A program made the position numbers and the translations under genes. A DNA stretch of 31,663 bases, from NCBI GenBank assembly GCA_046758965.1, contig JBHIBG010000026.1, forward strand, positions 1 through 31,663, written 5' to 3'. Under the pieces are notes generated by a model, which made no database searches, was not told where the DNA came from, and was given only the letters and a program-made list of their open reading frames with translations. Below, one piece after another: positions 1-11,090 of the stretch. Source of the DNA: Candidatus Methylomirabilia bacterium. Its GTDB lineage: Bacteria > Methylomirabilota > Methylomirabilia > Rokubacteriales > CSP1-6. Numbering within the stretch: position 1 is the first letter of the stretch; each line of letters opens with the position of its first letter.

Positions 1-1384
1 CGCTCCGGCCTTCGGCGATGGCCCAGACGATCAGCGATTGACCGCGCTGCATGTCTCCCGCGGTAAACACGCCCGGAACAGTCGTCATCCAGTTCTCGTC
101 TCGCCAGACGTTGCCTCGCTCGGTCAGCTTGACTCCGAGCTGGCTCAGGAGACCGTGCCGCTCCGGGCCGAGAAACCCCATCGCGAGGAGCACCAGCTCC
201 GCTTCCACCTCGAACCCGGTGCCGGGGATCGGCTTGAACTCCAACCGGCCTCCCTCCACCACCATCTCGACCCGATGGGCGTGGAGCCCCTTGACGCGGC
301 CGTTGTCCCCTGAGAAGCGGGTGGTGGAGACCGAGTACTCGCGGGTCCCTCCTTCCTCGTGGGCGGCCGAGGTGTGGAAGATGTTCGGCCACTGGGGCCA
401 GGGGTTGTCCGGCGCCCGCCGCTCCGGCGGGCGGGGGAGGAGCTCGAACTGGTGGACGGAGAGCGCTCCCTGACGGTGAACGGTCCCCAGGCAGTCGGCC
501 CCGGTGTCTCCGCCGCCGATGATGACCACGCGCTTCCCCGTTGCGCTGATGAACTTCTCGTCCGGGATCAGGTCCCCCTCGCAGCGCCTGTTCTGGAGGG
601 TCAGGTACTCCATGGCGAAATGAATCCCGCGAAGCTCGCGCCCGGGGATCTTGAGGTCGCGCGGGATCGTCGCCCCGCCGGCCAGCAGGATGGCGTCGTA
701 CTCCTTGCGCAGCTCCTCTGTCGACACGTTACCGCCGACGTTGGCTTTGACGTGGAAGCCGATCCCCTCCTTCTCCATGAGCTGCAGCCGGCGGTCCAGG
801 ACCCACTTTTCCATCTTGAACTCCGGGATCCCGTACCGTAGCAGACCGCCGATCCGGTCGTCCCTTTCGAAAACGGTAACCCAGTGCCCCGCGCGATTCA
901 GCTCCTGGGCTGCCGCCAACCCGGCGGGGCCTGAGCCCACGACAGCGACCTTCTTACCGGTCCGCATCGCCGGCGGCTCGGCCTTCACCCACCCCGCGTC
1001 GAAGGCGTAGTCGACGATCGCCAGCTCGATGGCCTTGATCGTCACCGGGTCGTCGTTGATCCCGAGCACGCAGGAGCCCTCGCACGGGGCAGGGCAGAGC
1101 GCCCCGGTGAACTCCGGGAAGTTGTTGGTCGCGTGCAGGCGGTCGATCGCCTCACCCCACTGACCCCGGTAGACCAGGTCGTTCCAGTCGGGGATGAGGT
1201 TCCCGAGCGGGCAGCCCTGGTGGCAGAAGGGGACACCGCAATCCATGCAGCGCGCCCCCTGCCGTTGGAGGCTGTCCGTGGGCCAGGAGAGCACTTGCTT
1301 CCTCCAGTCCCGGACCCGCTCCGCGACCGGCCGGTACGGCTGCTTGTCGCGCTTGAACTCGACGAAGCCGGTCGGCTTACCCAT
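1..1384 (-). CDS. gltD: Glutamate synthase small (beta) subunit, 3' end truncated by the window edge
   Basis: Absent from the ORF track because there is no stop in the window. Manual translation from ATG 1384 gives [12 protein letters not shown]...[29 protein letters not shown]...[20 protein letters not shown], and [23 protein letters not shown] at the window edge. The start overlaps the gltB stop by 8 bp. Confidence 0.97.
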   Translation of the reverse strand, partial: MGKPTGFVEFKRDKQPYRPVAERVRDWRKQVLSWPTDSLQRQGARCMDCGVPFCHQGCPLGNLIPDWNDLVYRGQWGEAIDRLHATNNFPEFTGALCPAPCEGSCVLGINDDPVTIKAIELAIVDYAFDAGWVKAEPPAMRTGKKVAVVGSGPAGLAAAQELNRAGHWVTVFERDDRIGGLLRYGIPEFKMEKWVLDRRLQLMEKEGIGFHVKANVGGNVSTEELRKEYDAILLAGGATIPRDLKIPGRELRGIHFAMEYLTLQNRRCEGDLIPDEKFISATGKRVVIIGGGDTGADCLGTVHRQGALSVHQFELLPRPPERRAPDNPWPQWPNIFHTSAAHEEGGTREYSVSTTRFSGDNGRVKGLHAHRVEMVVEGGRLEFKPIPGTGFEVEAELVLLAMGFLGPERHGLLSQLGVKLTERGNVWRDENWMTTVPGVFTAGDMQRGQSLIVWAIAEGRS

Positions 1385-4300
1385 GTGCCCCTTCCATCAC
1401 CGCCTTCTCCCAGGCGACCCCTTCCTCCTGGGCGCGCTTCATCGCGTTGAGCGCCCGCTTGTAGTCTCGCGGTATCACTTTCACGAACTTCGGCTGCACG
1501 GTCTCCCACCTGGTCAGGACGCGCTCCGCCACGGCGCTCCGGGTGTAGCGGATGTGGCGACGCAGCAACTCTTTGACTTCCTCTACGTCCTCATGGGCCG
1601 CGAGCGGCTCGAGGTCGACCATGCCGAGGTTGCACCGACGCTTAAAGTCACCGGCCTCGTCCAAGACGTAGGCGAGGCCACCCGACATGCCAGCGGCGAA
1701 GTTCCGTCCGGTGGTGCCGATCACGACCACGCGCCCCCCCGTCATGTACTCGCAGCCGTGGTCGCCGACCCCCTCGACCACCGCCTGAGCACCGCTGTTC
1801 CTCACCGCGAAACGCTCCCCCGCGACGCCTCGGAAGTAGGCTTCGCCGCCCGTGGCGCCGTAAAGGACCACGTTGCCGACGAGGATGTTCTCCTCGGGGG
1901 CAAACGTGGCCTCGCGGGGCGGGTAGGCAATGATCTTGCCGCCCGACAGACCCTTGCCGAGGTAGTCGTTGGAGTCCCCCTCCAGGATCAGGGTAATCCC
2001 TGTCGGGACGAAGGCCCCGAAGCTCTGCCCCGCGGACCCCGTGAAGTGGATCCGGATTGTGTCCTCTGGCAGCCCCTCGGGGCCGTACCGGTTGGTCACC
2101 TCGAAACCCAGGATGGTACCGACCGTGCGGTTGACGTTCCGGATCGGTAGGCGCAGGTCCACCGGCTCCCGGCGTTCGAGCGCGGGCTGGCAGAGAGGAA
2201 CAATCGTAGTCCGGTCGAGCGATCTCTCCAGGCCATGGTCCTGCTCCCGCACCTGGTGTATGGCCACGTCGGGCCCGACCTCGGGGCGGTAGAGAATTGA
2301 AGAAAAGTCGAGGCCCCGGGCCTTCCAGTGGTCCACAGCGCCCCTCGTCTCGAGCCGGTCCACCCGGCCGATCATCTCCTCCATCGTCCGGAACCCGAGC
2401 TTGGCCATGTACTCCCGGACCTCCTCGGCGAGGAAGCGGAAGAAATTCTCGACGAACTCCGGCTTCCCCGTGAACTTCTTCCTGAGCTCGGGATCCTGGG
2501 TCGCGATCCCCACCGGGCAGGTGTTCAGGTGGCAGACCCGCATCATGATGCAGCCCATCACGACCAACGGCGCGGTGGAGAAGCCGTATTCCTCGGCGCC
2601 CAGCAGCGCGGCGACAACCACGTCCCGGCCGGTCTTCATCTGCCCGTCCACCTGGACGGCGATCCGGTCGCGGAGCTTGTTCAGCACCAAAACCTGTTGG
2701 GTCTCGGCGAGCCCCAGCTCCCACGGGAGCCCTGCGTGCTTGATGCTGCTGAGGGGGGAGGCACCCGTGCCGCCGTCGTGGCCGGAGATCAGCACGACGT
2801 CGGAGAAGGCCTTTGCCACCCCCGCCGCGATGGTCCCGACCCCTACCTCGGCGACGAGTTTGACATGAATTCGCGCCCTTGGGTTACTGTTCTTGAGATC
2901 GTGGATGAGCTGCTTCAGGTCCTCGATGGAGTAGATGTCGTGGTGCGGGGGCGGGGAGATCAGCCCGACACCGGGCGTGGAGTGCCGCACCCTGGCGATC
3001 CACGGGTAGACCTTGTGACCGGGAAGCTGACCGCCTTCGCCCGGCTTGGACCCCTGGGCCATCTTGATCTGGAGGTCGGTCGCGTTGACGAGGTACTCGC
3101 TCGTGACGCCGAAGCGGCCGGAGGCGACTTGCTTGACCGCGCTCCGCCGCCAGTCGCCGTTGGGGTCCCGCCGGTAACGGGCCGGGTCCTCCCCCCCTTC
3201 GCCGGTGTTGGAGCGGGCGCCGATGCGGTTCATGGCAATGGCCAGCGTCTCGTGGGCTTCCTGGCTGATCGCACCGTAGGAGATCGCCCCGGTGGCAAAG
3301 CGCTTGAGGATCGACTCCACCGGCTCGACCTCTTCGATCGGGATGGGATGGTCGGCGAACCTGAACTCGAAGAGCCCGCGGAGGGTGCACAGGTTCCGGG
3401 TCTGGTTGTTCACCAGCTCGCTGTACTCCTTGAAGATCTTGAACCGGCCGCTCTGAGTGGCGTGCTGGAGCTTGAAGACCGTCTCCGGGTTGAACAGGTG
3501 GTACTCCCCGTCGCGCCGCCACTGGTACTCGCCTCCCCAGTCGAGCTCGGGCCTCCCCACGGGGCGCTCGGGGAAGGCGCGGCGGTGGCGGAGAGTCGAC
3601 TCCCGGGCGATCACGTCCAGCCCCACGCCCCCGATCCGCGAGGCGGTCCAGGTGAAGCGCTTGTCCACGAACGACCTGCTGAGCCCGACGGCCTCGAAGA
3701 CCTGGGCGCCCCCATACGACTGAATCGTGGAGATCCCCATCTTGGAGATGACCTTGAGCACTCCCTTGTTGAGGGCCTTGATGTAGTTCTTGATCGCCTT
3801 CCCATGGTCGACGCCTTGCAGGAGCCCCTGGCGGATCATGTCGTCCAGGCTCTCGAAGGCCAGGTAGGGGTTGATCGCGCCCGCCCCATACCCCAGGAGC
3901 AGCGAGGCGTGGTGAACCTCCCGCGGCTCCCCGCTCTCGATCACGAGCCCCACCCGCGTCCGGGTCCCCTCGCGGACCAGGTGGTGGTGAACTCCGGCGG
4001 TCGCCAGCAGCGCCGGAATCGGTGCCAGGTCCTTGTCCACACCCCGGTCGGAGAGGATGATGAGCGTGTACCCCTCGGCAATGGCCTGGCTGGCCCCGAG
4101 ACACAGCTCCTCCAGGGCCCTCTCGAGGCCCGCTCCGCCGTGAGCGACGGGGAACAGCATGGGAAGGGTGATGGACTTGAGTCCCGGCCGATCCACATGG
4201 CGGATCCGGGCCAGCTCCTCGTTGTCGAGGATCGGTGTCTTGAGCTTGATCTGGCGGCAACTCTCGGCCTCGGGCTTGAGCAGGTTCCGCTCGGGACCGA

Positions 4301-5966
4301 TCGTGGTCGCCATCTGAGTCACCAGTTCCTCCCGGATCGCGTCCAGCGGCGGGTTGGTCACCTGGGCGAAGAGCTGCTTGAAATAGTCGTAGAGGAGGCG
4401 CGGCCGGTTAGAGAGGACGGCCAGCGAGGTGTCGGTCCCCATGGAGCCCACAGGCTCCTCCCCGTTCAGGGCCATGGGCGCCATCAGGATGCGCAGGTCT
4501 TCGTGGGTGTATCCAAAGGCCTGCTGGCGCTGCAGCACCGTCTCGTGGTCCGGCTCGTGCACGTGGGGGGGAGGCGAAAGCTCCTCTAGCGGGACCAGGT
4601 TCTGCCTCAGCCACTCTCTGTACGGGTGCTCGCTGGCAAACGCGCGCTTCAGCTCGGTGTCGTCGATGATCCGCCCTTTGGAGGTATCCACCAGGAAGAT
4701 CCTGCCGGGGTGGAGTCGCTCCTTGATCAGGACGTTTTCAGGGGGGATGTCCAGCACCCCGACCTCCGAAGCCATGATCACCAGGTCGTCCTTGGTCACG
4801 TAGTAGCGCGAGGGACGGAGGCCGTTCCGGTCCAAGACCGCCCCGATCACCGTGCCGTCGGTGAACGCGATGGAAGCCGGTCCGTCCCAGGGCTCCATCA
4901 GGCAGCCGTGGTACTCGTAGAACGCCTTGAGGTTCTCACTCATCGATTCGTGGCCGCTCCACGCCTCCGGAATCATCATGAGCACGGCGTGAGGGAGAGG
5001 ACGGCCAGCCATGACCAGGAACTCGAGCACGTTGTCGAAGATCGCCGAGTCGCTCCCTCCCTCCAGCACGATGGGAAAGATCTTCTTCAGGTCGGGCAGA
5101 AGTGCTGACTCGCACAGGGACTGCCGCGCCCGCATCCAGTTGATGTTGCCGCGGAGGGTGTTGATCTCGCCGTTGTGGCAGAGATAGCGGTAGGGGTGGG
5201 CCAGCGGCCAGGACGGGAACGTGTTCGTGGAGAAGCGTTGGTGGACCAGAGCGAGAGCCGATTCGATCGCCGGATCAACCAGGTCAGGGAACATGGTCTC
5301 GATCTGGTCTGCCGAGAGCATTCCCTTGTAGATCAGCGTGTTGGAGGAGAGGCTCGGCAGGTAGAAGAGCTTGCGTTGAGGTATCTCCGACCCGTAGACC
5401 GCGTGCTCCGCCCGCTTCCTGATGACGTAGAGCCTCCGTTCGAACGCCCGATCGTCGACCATGGCCGGGTCCCGTCCGAGGAACACCTGCCGGACGACGG
5501 GCTCGGCGGCTTTGGCGGTCGGTCCGATCGGCGAGTCGTCCGTGGGCACCTCCCGCCAGCCGAGGAGCGACTGCCCTTCCTCCTGGATGATCTCTTCGAA
5601 GGTCTCCCGGCACCGGGCGGCCTGCTCGGGGTCGGTGGGGAAGAACACGAGCCCGGCGCCGTATTGCCGGGGGGCGGGCAGGGTGATGCCCCTCCTCGCG
5701 CACTCGCGGAGCAGAAAGGCGTGGGGCATCTGGATGAGGATGCCCGCCCCATCTCCCGTGTTGACCTCTGAGCCGCAGGCGCCGCGATGGAGCAGGTTCT
5801 TGAGGACCGTCAACGCCTGCCTGACGATGGCGTGGGAGCGACGCCCCTTCATGTCCACCACGAAGCCGACGCCGCAGGCGTCATGCTCCTGGGCGGGGTC
5901 GTAGAGGCCCTGCCGGGGCGGGAGGCCGACCGGGATCGGCCTGCTCTGGTCCGTCGGGCTGCTCAC
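1377..5966 (-). CDS. gltB: Glutamate synthase large (alpha) subunit
   Basis: 1529 aa. EHDA|CGVGF Ntn-amidotransferase Cys, [32 protein letters not shown], 3Fe-4S motif [13 protein letters not shown]-terminal GXGXG domain. RBS GAGGAGGT upstream. Confidence 0.99.
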   Translation of the reverse strand: MSSPTDQSRPIPVGLPPRQGLYDPAQEHDACGVGFVVDMKGRRSHAIVRQALTVLKNLLHRGACGSEVNTGDGAGILIQMPHAFLLRECARRGITLPAPRQYGAGLVFFPTDPEQAARCRETFEEIIQEEGQSLLGWREVPTDDSPIGPTAKAAEPVVRQVFLGRDPAMVDDRAFERRLYVIRKRAEHAVYGSEIPQRKLFYLPSLSSNTLIYKGMLSADQIETMFPDLVDPAIESALALVHQRFSTNTFPSWPLAHPYRYLCHNGEINTLRGNINWMRARQSLCESALLPDLKKIFPIVLEGGSDSAIFDNVLEFLVMAGRPLPHAVLMMIPEAWSGHESMSENLKAFYEYHGCLMEPWDGPASIAFTDGTVIGAVLDRNGLRPSRYYVTKDDLVIMASEVGVLDIPPENVLIKERLHPGRIFLVDTSKGRIIDDTELKRAFASEHPYREWLRQNLVPLEELSPPPHVHEPDHETVLQRQQAFGYTHEDLRILMAPMALNGEEPVGSMGTDTSLAVLSNRPRLLYDYFKQLFAQVTNPPLDAIREELVTQMATTIGPERNLLKPEAESCRQIKLKTPILDNEELARIRHVDRPGLKSITLPMLFPVAHGGAGLERALEELCLGASQAIAEGYTLIILSDRGVDKDLAPIPALLATAGVHHHLVREGTRTRVGLVIESGEPREVHHASLLLGYGAGAINPYLAFESLDDMIRQGLLQGVDHGKAIKNYIKALNKGVLKVISKMGISTIQSYGGAQVFEAVGLSRSFVDKRFTWTASRIGGVGLDVIARESTLRHRRAFPERPVGRPELDWGGEYQWRRDGEYHLFNPETVFKLQHATQSGRFKIFKEYSELVNNQTRNLCTLRGLFEFRFADHPIPIEEVEPVESILKRFATGAISYGAISQEAHETLAIAMNRIGARSNTGEGGEDPARYRRDPNGDWRRSAVKQVASGRFGVTSEYLVNATDLQIKMAQGSKPGEGGQLPGHKVYPWIARVRHSTPGVGLISPPPHHDIYSIEDLKQLIHDLKNSNPRARIHVKLVAEVGVGTIAAGVAKAFSDVVLISGHDGGTGASPLSSIKHAGLPWELGLAETQQVLVLNKLRDRIAVQVDGQMKTGRDVVVAALLGAEEYGFSTAPLVVMGCIMMRVCHLNTCPVGIATQDPELRKKFTGKPEFVENFFRFLAEEVREYMAKLGFRTMEEMIGRVDRLETRGAVDHWKARGLDFSSILYRPEVGPDVAIHQVREQDHGLERSLDRTTIVPLCQPALERREPVDLRLPIRNVNRTVGTILGFEVTNRYGPEGLPEDTIRIHFTGSAGQSFGAFVPTGITLILEGDSNDYLGKGLSGGKIIAYPPREATFAPEENILVGNVVLYGATGGEAYFRGVAGERFAVRNSGAQAVVEGVGDHGCEYMTGGRVVVIGTTGRNFAAGMSGGLAYVLDEAGDFKRRCNLGMVDLEPLAAHEDVEEVKELLRRHIRYTRSAVAERVLTRWETVQPKFVKVIPRDYKRALNAMKRAQEEGVAWEKAVMEGAHG

Positions 5967-6071
5967 GGGGACCTCCTCGAGCCTTTGTGAACGATCAGTA
6001 CAAGCATGGATTGCGCGTGAGCATACACGAAGTCAAATCATAAGTCATCACAAAAATTAAAAATACTTTGC

Positions 6072-6086
6072 ATCAGATTCACTAAT
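6072..6086. promoter_or_regulatory. Putative LysR-type recognition site (T-N11-A imperfect palindrome ATCAG-attca-CTAAT) in the AT-rich divergent gltB/lysR spacer
   Basis: Dyad ATCAG/CTAAT with T-N11-A spacing, just upstream of the lysR -10 box TATCTT (6091-6096). This is the typical LTTR autoregulatory position. Confidence 0.55.
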
Positions 6087-6102
6087 AGTGTATCTTGGGG
6101 CT

Positions 6103-6993
6103 GTGAACCTGGAAACTCTTCAACTCTACTGCGATGTGGTCCGGCTGCACAGCTTCTCGCGGGGAGCTTCGGCCAATGAGGTCTCCCAGTCCGCGGCCAG
6201 CCAGGCCGTGCAACAGCTGGAGGCCGACATCGGCGCGCGCTTGCTCGACAGGACCAAACGCCCCTTCACGGTGACCCCAGAAGGGCGGCTGTTCTACAAT
6301 GCCTGCAGGGATCTCCTCCACGGCTACGAGCAGGCCAAGGCCCGGATCGCCTCATCACGGACCCGGCTAGACGGCACGGTCCGCGTGGCGGCGATCTACT
6401 CGGTGGGGCTGCACGAGGTGAGCCGCCATATGCAGCCCTTCATGTCGGCCCACCCCCAGGCCAAGGTGCAGCTCGAATGCCTCCACCCCCACAAAGTCGT
6501 GGAAGCGGTCATCAACGACGAGGCGGACATCGGGATCATGTCCTACCCGCCGGCGATGCGCTCCCTGGCGGTGATCCCGTGGCGGTCCGAGAAGATGATC
6601 CTCGTCTGCCACCCCGGGCATCGTTTCGCCAGGCGGCGGATGGTGACGCTGCCCGACCTGAACGGGGAGAAGTTCGTCGCCTTCGACCCGGACCTGGGGA
6701 TCCGCAAGGCGATCGACCGGAGCCTGAAGCAGCGGAACGTCAAGGTCAACGTGGTGATGGAGTTCGATAACATCGAGACGATCAAGCAGGCCATCGCCAT
6801 CGACGCCGGGGTCAGCATTCTCCCCCAGCCACCCGTGCTCAAGGAGACGGAGATCGGCAGCCTCACCGCCGTGCCGCTGGGGCTCCCGGACCTCGTGCGT
6901 CCCATCGGGCTCATCTACCGCAAGCAGAAACACCTCTCGCCTACCGTCGTTCGATTCATGGAGTCGCTCCGGAAAGCAGGCGAGCGGCAGTGA
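6103..6993 (+). CDS. LysR-family transcriptional regulator divergent from gltBD (GltC-like arrangement)
   Basis: N-terminal HTH (SFSRGASANEVSQSAASQAVQQLEADIGARLLDR) and LysR substrate-binding domain (MEFDNIETIKQAI..GVSILP). GTG 6103 fits the family N-terminus better than 6088. Confidence 0.95.
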   Translation: MNLETLQLYCDVVRLHSFSRGASANEVSQSAASQAVQQLEADIGARLLDRTKRPFTVTPEGRLFYNACRDLLHGYEQAKARIASSRTRLDGTVRVAAIYSVGLHEVSRHMQPFMSAHPQAKVQLECLHPHKVVEAVINDEADIGIMSYPPAMRSLAVIPWRSEKMILVCHPGHRFARRRMVTLPDLNGEKFVAFDPDLGIRKAIDRSLKQRNVKVNVVMEFDNIETIKQAIAIDAGVSILPQPPVLKETEIGSLTAVPLGLPDLVRPIGLIYRKQKHLSPTVVRFMESLRKAGERQ

Positions 6994-7017
6994 GGCCGCT
7001 GCGCGCGCGTCCCGCGC

Positions 7018-7046
7018 TTGAGGCCCGGTACGCCGCGTGCTATCCT
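7018..7046 (+). promoter_or_regulatory. Sigma70-type promoter TTGAGG-N17-TATCCT with extended TG
   Basis: -35 at 7018-7023, 17-nt spacer, TGc then TATCCT at 7041-7046. A GTG follows 6 nt downstream at 7053. Confidence 0.5.
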
Positions 7047-7052
7047 GAGCGC

Positions 7053-7306
7053 GTGAGCATCGAGTCCCGCGTGCGTCGCTGCCAGAGCCGATCGGCGATC
7101 CGAATCCACCAGCTTCGCGTCGAGGCGCTCCCGCAGCAGATCAACAAAGGGTGTCTGATCCTCGGCCGGGACTGCTCCTCGACGAGACCGGCTGGAACTT
7201 CGAGGGCGGCATGACCAACAGCGCCATCTATCTGCTCGATGAGCGGGGTGAGTTGCCCGCCGAGGCCATTCGCGAACTGCGTCGACGTGGCCAAGCGGAA
7301 CGCTGA
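7053..7306 (+). pseudogene. Small frameshifted hypothetical gene
   Basis: The frame from GTG 7053 (MSIESRVRRCQSRSAIRIHQLRVEALPQQINKGCLILG) has GC-rich third positions to ~7168. Coding-like codons then continue in another frame (GLLLDETGWNFEGGMTNSAIYLLDERGELPAEAIRELRRRGQAER*) to TGA 7304-7306. Confidence 0.45.
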
Positions 7307-7342
7307 GGTCGCTGCGGGCCAAGTCGGTAAGCTGCCGTTGTC

Positions 7343-8479
7343 GTGGGTGAGAATTCTTCTCAAGCGCTCCTGATCCTTGCGGCCAGCGAGGCCGATTCCA
7401 ACCTCTACTACGCCTGCCATTTCCTTGCTCCTGACCCGTTCGCCTTCCTCCAGGTCGATGGGATGAAGCTCCTCCTGATGAGCGACCTCGAGATCGACCG
7501 GGCGCGGAGCGAGGCCCGTGTCGACGAGGTTTGCTCGCTCTCGGCCTACGAATCCAAGGCCCGGGAGCGATGGGCGACCCCTCACCTGATCGATACGCTC
7601 TCGCTGCTCCTCGAGGAGCGCGGAGCGCAGGCCGTCATGGTGCCGGCCAACTTCCCCGTTGAGTACGCCGATCGCCTGCGGGAGAAAGGCGTGCGGGTGA
7701 CCCCGAAGCCCGAGCCGTTCTTCCCCGAGCGGCTCATCAAGTCCGAAGAGGAGATCGCGGCTATCGAGGCGACCCAGCGTCACACCGAGGCCGCTCTGGA
7801 AAGCGCGCTCGACGTCCTCCGGGAGAGCGAGATCACGGATGGGCAGGTCTACTGGCGCGGCGCGCCGCTCACCGCAGAGGCGCTCAGGAAGGTCATGCAC
7901 GTGTCGCTGATGGAGCAAGAGTGTATCGCTGAACACACGATCGTGGCCCCAGGGATCCAGGGCGTGGATCCTCACAACCGGGGGTCGGGCCCGGTTCGAG
8001 CCCACGAGTCCATCGTCTTTGACATCTTTCCCAGGTCCAGCCGGAGCCGGTACTTCGCCGACATGAGTCGAACAGTCGTGAAAGGGGAAGCCTCGGACGT
8101 GCTCAAGCGGATGTACGATGCTGTCCTGGCCGCCCAGCTCCGCGGGATCGAGCTGGTTCGGGACGGGGCATCGGGCCAGGCGATCCACGCCGAGGTCACC
8201 AAGGTTCTGGAAGAGCGCGGCTTTGAGACAGGCGTGGTGGAGGGTCGATACCAGGGCTTTTTCCACGGCACCGGACACGGGGTCGGACTGGATATCCACG
8301 AGTCCCCCCGGATCAGTAAGGTGGATCACACTCTGAAGGCCGGTCAGGTGGTGACGGTCGAGCCGGGTCTCTACTATCCTCGATGGGGCGCAGTCCGGAT
8401 TGAGGACTTGGTGGTGGTTGAGGCGGATGGGCACCGAAATCTGACCCGAGCCCCGAAACTGGAGCTTCTCGAACTGTAA
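7343..8479 (+). CDS. Xaa-Pro aminopeptidase/dipeptidase, M24B family
   Basis: Creatinase-like N-domain. Metal-site motifs FDIFP..YFADMSRT, HGTGHGVGLDIHESP, TVEPGLY, VRIEDLVVV. Confidence 0.95.
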   Translation: MGENSSQALLILAASEADSNLYYACHFLAPDPFAFLQVDGMKLLLMSDLEIDRARSEARVDEVCSLSAYESKARERWATPHLIDTLSLLLEERGAQAVMVPANFPVEYADRLREKGVRVTPKPEPFFPERLIKSEEEIAAIEATQRHTEAALESALDVLRESEITDGQVYWRGAPLTAEALRKVMHVSLMEQECIAEHTIVAPGIQGVDPHNRGSGPVRAHESIVFDIFPRSSRSRYFADMSRTVVKGEASDVLKRMYDAVLAAQLRGIELVRDGASGQAIHAEVTKVLEERGFETGVVEGRYQGFFHGTGHGVGLDIHESPRISKVDHTLKAGQVVTVEPGLYYPRWGAVRIEDLVVVEADGHRNLTRAPKLELLEL

Positions 8480-8563
8480 CGCCCCGGCCTCAGACCCTCC
8501 CGGGCGGTTGTGACTGAGTGGAACAAAGTGGAGGCAGCCGTCTGCGCTCCGAGCGCCGTTGGC

Positions 8564-8592
8564 TTGCCATTCTGAGCGTGTTTAGGTATCAT
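8564..8592 (+). promoter_or_regulatory. Sigma70-type promoter TTGCCA-N17-TATCAT for CBS-korAB
   Basis: Near-consensus -35/-10 with a 17-nt spacer in an AT-richer intergenic stretch. Confidence 0.6.
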
Positions 8593-8680
8593 AAAAATCG
8601 TCTGCCGTCTGCTCAACACGTGTGGGAGAAAAATAGCGCGCCGGAGCCTCAGGAGCTATGTGTCCTGACAGGGAGTGGGC

Positions 8681-9205
8681 ATGAGGGAGTTTTACGACGA
8701 GTACTCGGAGTCGCTCGAAACGGAGTTCCGAGAACTTGAGGGGGCGCTGCTCAGCGACCAGGTCAAGCTTCTCGGGCCCGCTGCGCCCCTCCCCCTCGCG
8801 GCAGCGGCGACGGTGCACGAGGCGATCGAGCAGATGGTGAGTCACCGCCGCGCCTCGGTGGTGATCGTGGATCAGGCAGGCCGCCTCGTCGGCATCTTCA
8901 CCGAGCGTGATGTCCTGACGCGTGTTGTCGGCCAGGGCCGCGACATTCATCAGACGAGGCTGGACGAGGTGATGACATGCGACCCTGAGGCACTTTCACC
9001 TCAGGACCGGATCTGTTACGCCGTCAACCGCATGAATATCGCTGGCTACAGGACGATCCCGCTCGTGGACGACGAGCGGCGCCCGATCGGGATCGTGACG
9101 GTCAATGACGTGATCAGGTGGCTGGCGGAGATTTTCCCGGAGGCGATTCTGAACCTGCGGCCGGGCGACGGGATCAAGCGTCCCCTCCAGCTGGACGCGG
9201 GCTAA
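8681..9205 (+). CDS. CBS domain-pair protein
   Basis: TVHEAIEQM...VVIVDQAGRLVGIFTERDVLTRVV and YRTIPLVDDERRPIGIVTVNDV CBS motifs. ATG 8681 follows GGGAG. Confidence 0.93.
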   Translation: MREFYDEYSESLETEFRELEGALLSDQVKLLGPAAPLPLAAAATVHEAIEQMVSHRRASVVIVDQAGRLVGIFTERDVLTRVVGQGRDIHQTRLDEVMTCDPEALSPQDRICYAVNRMNIAGYRTIPLVDDERRPIGIVTVNDVIRWLAEIFPEAILNLRPGDGIKRPLQLDAG

Positions 9206-9218
9206 CGGAGACGGGTCG

Positions 9219-11090
9219 ATGGCCGGAACCGTGACGTCTGCACCGACGGCTGGGAAGCAGCGCCGACCGCTGGACCGGGCGGTTGTTCGCTTCGCCGGCG
9301 ACTCGGGGGACGGCATGCAGCTGACCGGTGAGCAGTTTGCGACCGAGGCCGCCTGGGCTGGTGCCGACATCGCGACGCTGCCGAACTTCCCGGCCGAGAT
9401 CCGGGCGCCTGCCGGTACGTTGTTCGGGGTGTCCAGCTACCAGCTCCAGTTCGGCAGCCGGCGAGTGTATACCCCGGGCGATCGGCTGGACTGCCTGGTG
9501 GTCATGAATCCGGCGGCGCTCAAGGTGCACCTTGGCGACCTCAGGGAGGGCGGCCTGCTGATCGTGAACACCGCCACGTTTGAGAAGAAGAACCTCGATC
9601 GGGCGGGCTTCGCGACCAATCCGCTGGATGATGCGGCCTTAGAAGATCGGTACCGGCTTCACAAGATCGATATCACGCGTCTCACCGTGACAGCCCTCGA
9701 GGGGCTCCCGCTCAACGCGAAGGAAAAGGAGCGCTGCAAGAACTTCCTTGCGCTGGGGCTCGTCTCGTGGATCTACACGCGCCCCATCGAGCCGACGCTC
9801 GCGTGGATCGAGAGGCGATTCGCCAAGACCGGCAACATCGCCGAGGCGAACACCCGGGCGCTCAAGGCAGGCTACCACTTCGGGGAGACAGCCGAGATCT
9901 TCACCGAATGCTACGGCATCGAGCCGGCGGAGATGGCGCCGGGGCTCTACCGGAGCATGACCGGCAACCGGGCCCTCGCGTGGGGTATCCTGGCGGCGGC
10001 TGAGCGGACGCGGCTTCCGGTGGTCTACGGCGCCTACCCGATCACGCCCGCCAGTGACATCCTCCACGAGCTCGCGCAATACAAGCGCTTCCGGGTCAGG
10101 GCCATCCAGGCCGAGGATGAGATCGCCGCAGTGGGAGCCGTCATCGGTGCCGCCTTCGGCGGAGCGATTGGGGTGTCCGCCTCGAGCGGACCGGGGGTGG
10201 TGCTGAAGGCGGAAGGCATCAACCTGGCCGTCATGGCCGAGCTCCCTCTCGTGGTGTTCGACATCCAGCGGGCGGGGCCGAGCACGGGGATGCCCACGAA
10301 AACCGAGCAGGCCGACCTGCTCATGGCCCTGTACGGGCGCAGCAGCGAATCCCCGGTCGTGGTGCTCGCGCCGATGACTCCCGGCGACTGTTTCTTTATC
10401 GCCTACGAGGCGATCCGGATCGCGGTGAAGTACATGGTGCCGGTCATCGTCTTGAGCGACGGCTACCTCGGCAACGGTGCAGTGCCCTGGTTGATCCCCG
10501 ATCCGGCGATGCTGCCCGACATCTCGGTAGACTTTCACACGACCGCGGAAGGGTTCTCCCCGTACGCCCGCGACGAGGCGACGCTCGCCCGGCCATGGGT
10601 CCGACCGGGAACCTCGGACCTCGAGCACCGGATCGGGGGGCTTGAAAAGGAGCACATCAGCGGCAACGTCTCCTACGATCCGGAGAACCACGACCTCATG
10701 GTGCGGCTACGGGCGGAGAAGGTGCGCCGGGTCGCCCAAGAGATTCCTCCGACGACCGCCTATGGCCCCGGCATGGGCGACTTGCTTGTCGTGGGCTGGG
10801 GGAGCACGTACGGCGCCATCACGGCTGCAGTCGAGGAGGTGCAGCTCGAGGGGAGATCGGTCGCGAGCCTCCACCTGCGCTACCTCAATCCGCTGCCGCC
10901 GGATCTGGGGCAGATCCTTCGCCAGTACCGGCGGGTGCTCGTGCCGGAGATCAACAGCGGCCAGCTCGTGCGGATCCTTCGCGCCGAGTATCTGGTTGAC
11001 GCCGTGGGGTTCAACCGGGTGCGAGGGCTCCCGCTGTCAACGCAGGAGGTTCGGGAGGCGATCGATCAACTCCTAGGGGAGAAGGAATGA
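9219..11090 (+). CDS. korA: 2-oxoacid:ferredoxin oxidoreductase alpha subunit (fused gamma-alpha, KorA type)
   Basis: RFAGDSGDGMQLTG, FPAEIRAPAGT, YPITPAS, QAEDEIAA, QRAGPSTGMPTKTEQADL, RIGGLEK, GWGSTYG. Confidence 0.95.
   Translation: MAGTVTSAPTAGKQRRPLDRAVVRFAGDSGDGMQLTGEQFATEAAWAGADIATLPNFPAEIRAPAGTLFGVSSYQLQFGSRRVYTPGDRLDCLVVMNPAALKVHLGDLREGGLLIVNTATFEKKNLDRAGFATNPLDDAALEDRYRLHKIDITRLTVTALEGLPLNAKEKERCKNFLALGLVSWIYTRPIEPTLAWIERRFAKTGNIAEANTRALKAGYHFGETAEIFTECYGIEPAEMAPGLYRSMTGNRALAWGILAAAERTRLPVVYGAYPITPASDILHELAQYKRFRVRAIQAEDEIAAVGAVIGAAFGGAIGVSASSGPGVVLKAEGINLAVMAELPLVVFDIQRAGPSTGMPTKTEQADLLMALYGRSSESPVVVLAPMTPGDCFFIAYEAIRIAVKYMVPVIVLSDGYLGNGAVPWLIPDPAMLPDISVDFHTTAEGFSPYARDEATLARPWVRPGTSDLEHRIGGLEKEHISGNVSYDPENHDLMVRLRAEKVRRVAQEIPPTTAYGPGMGDLLVVGWGSTYGAITAAVEEVQLEGRSVASLHLRYLNPLPPDLGQILRQYRRVLVPEINSGQLVRILRAEYLVDAVGFNRVRGLPLSTQEVREAIDQLLGEKE

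Noticed and set aside
38..5990. Long plus-strand ORFs (e.g. 2328-4589, 1194-2150) and alternative-frame ORFs over gltBD
   Set aside because: Antisense or shadow frames typical of high-GC coding DNA, with no recognisable motifs.
6915..8434. Minus-strand ORFs 6915-7322 and 7040-8434
   Set aside because: They overlap lysR or are antisense to the peptidase. Promoter and codon evidence favour the plus-strand frameshifted reading.
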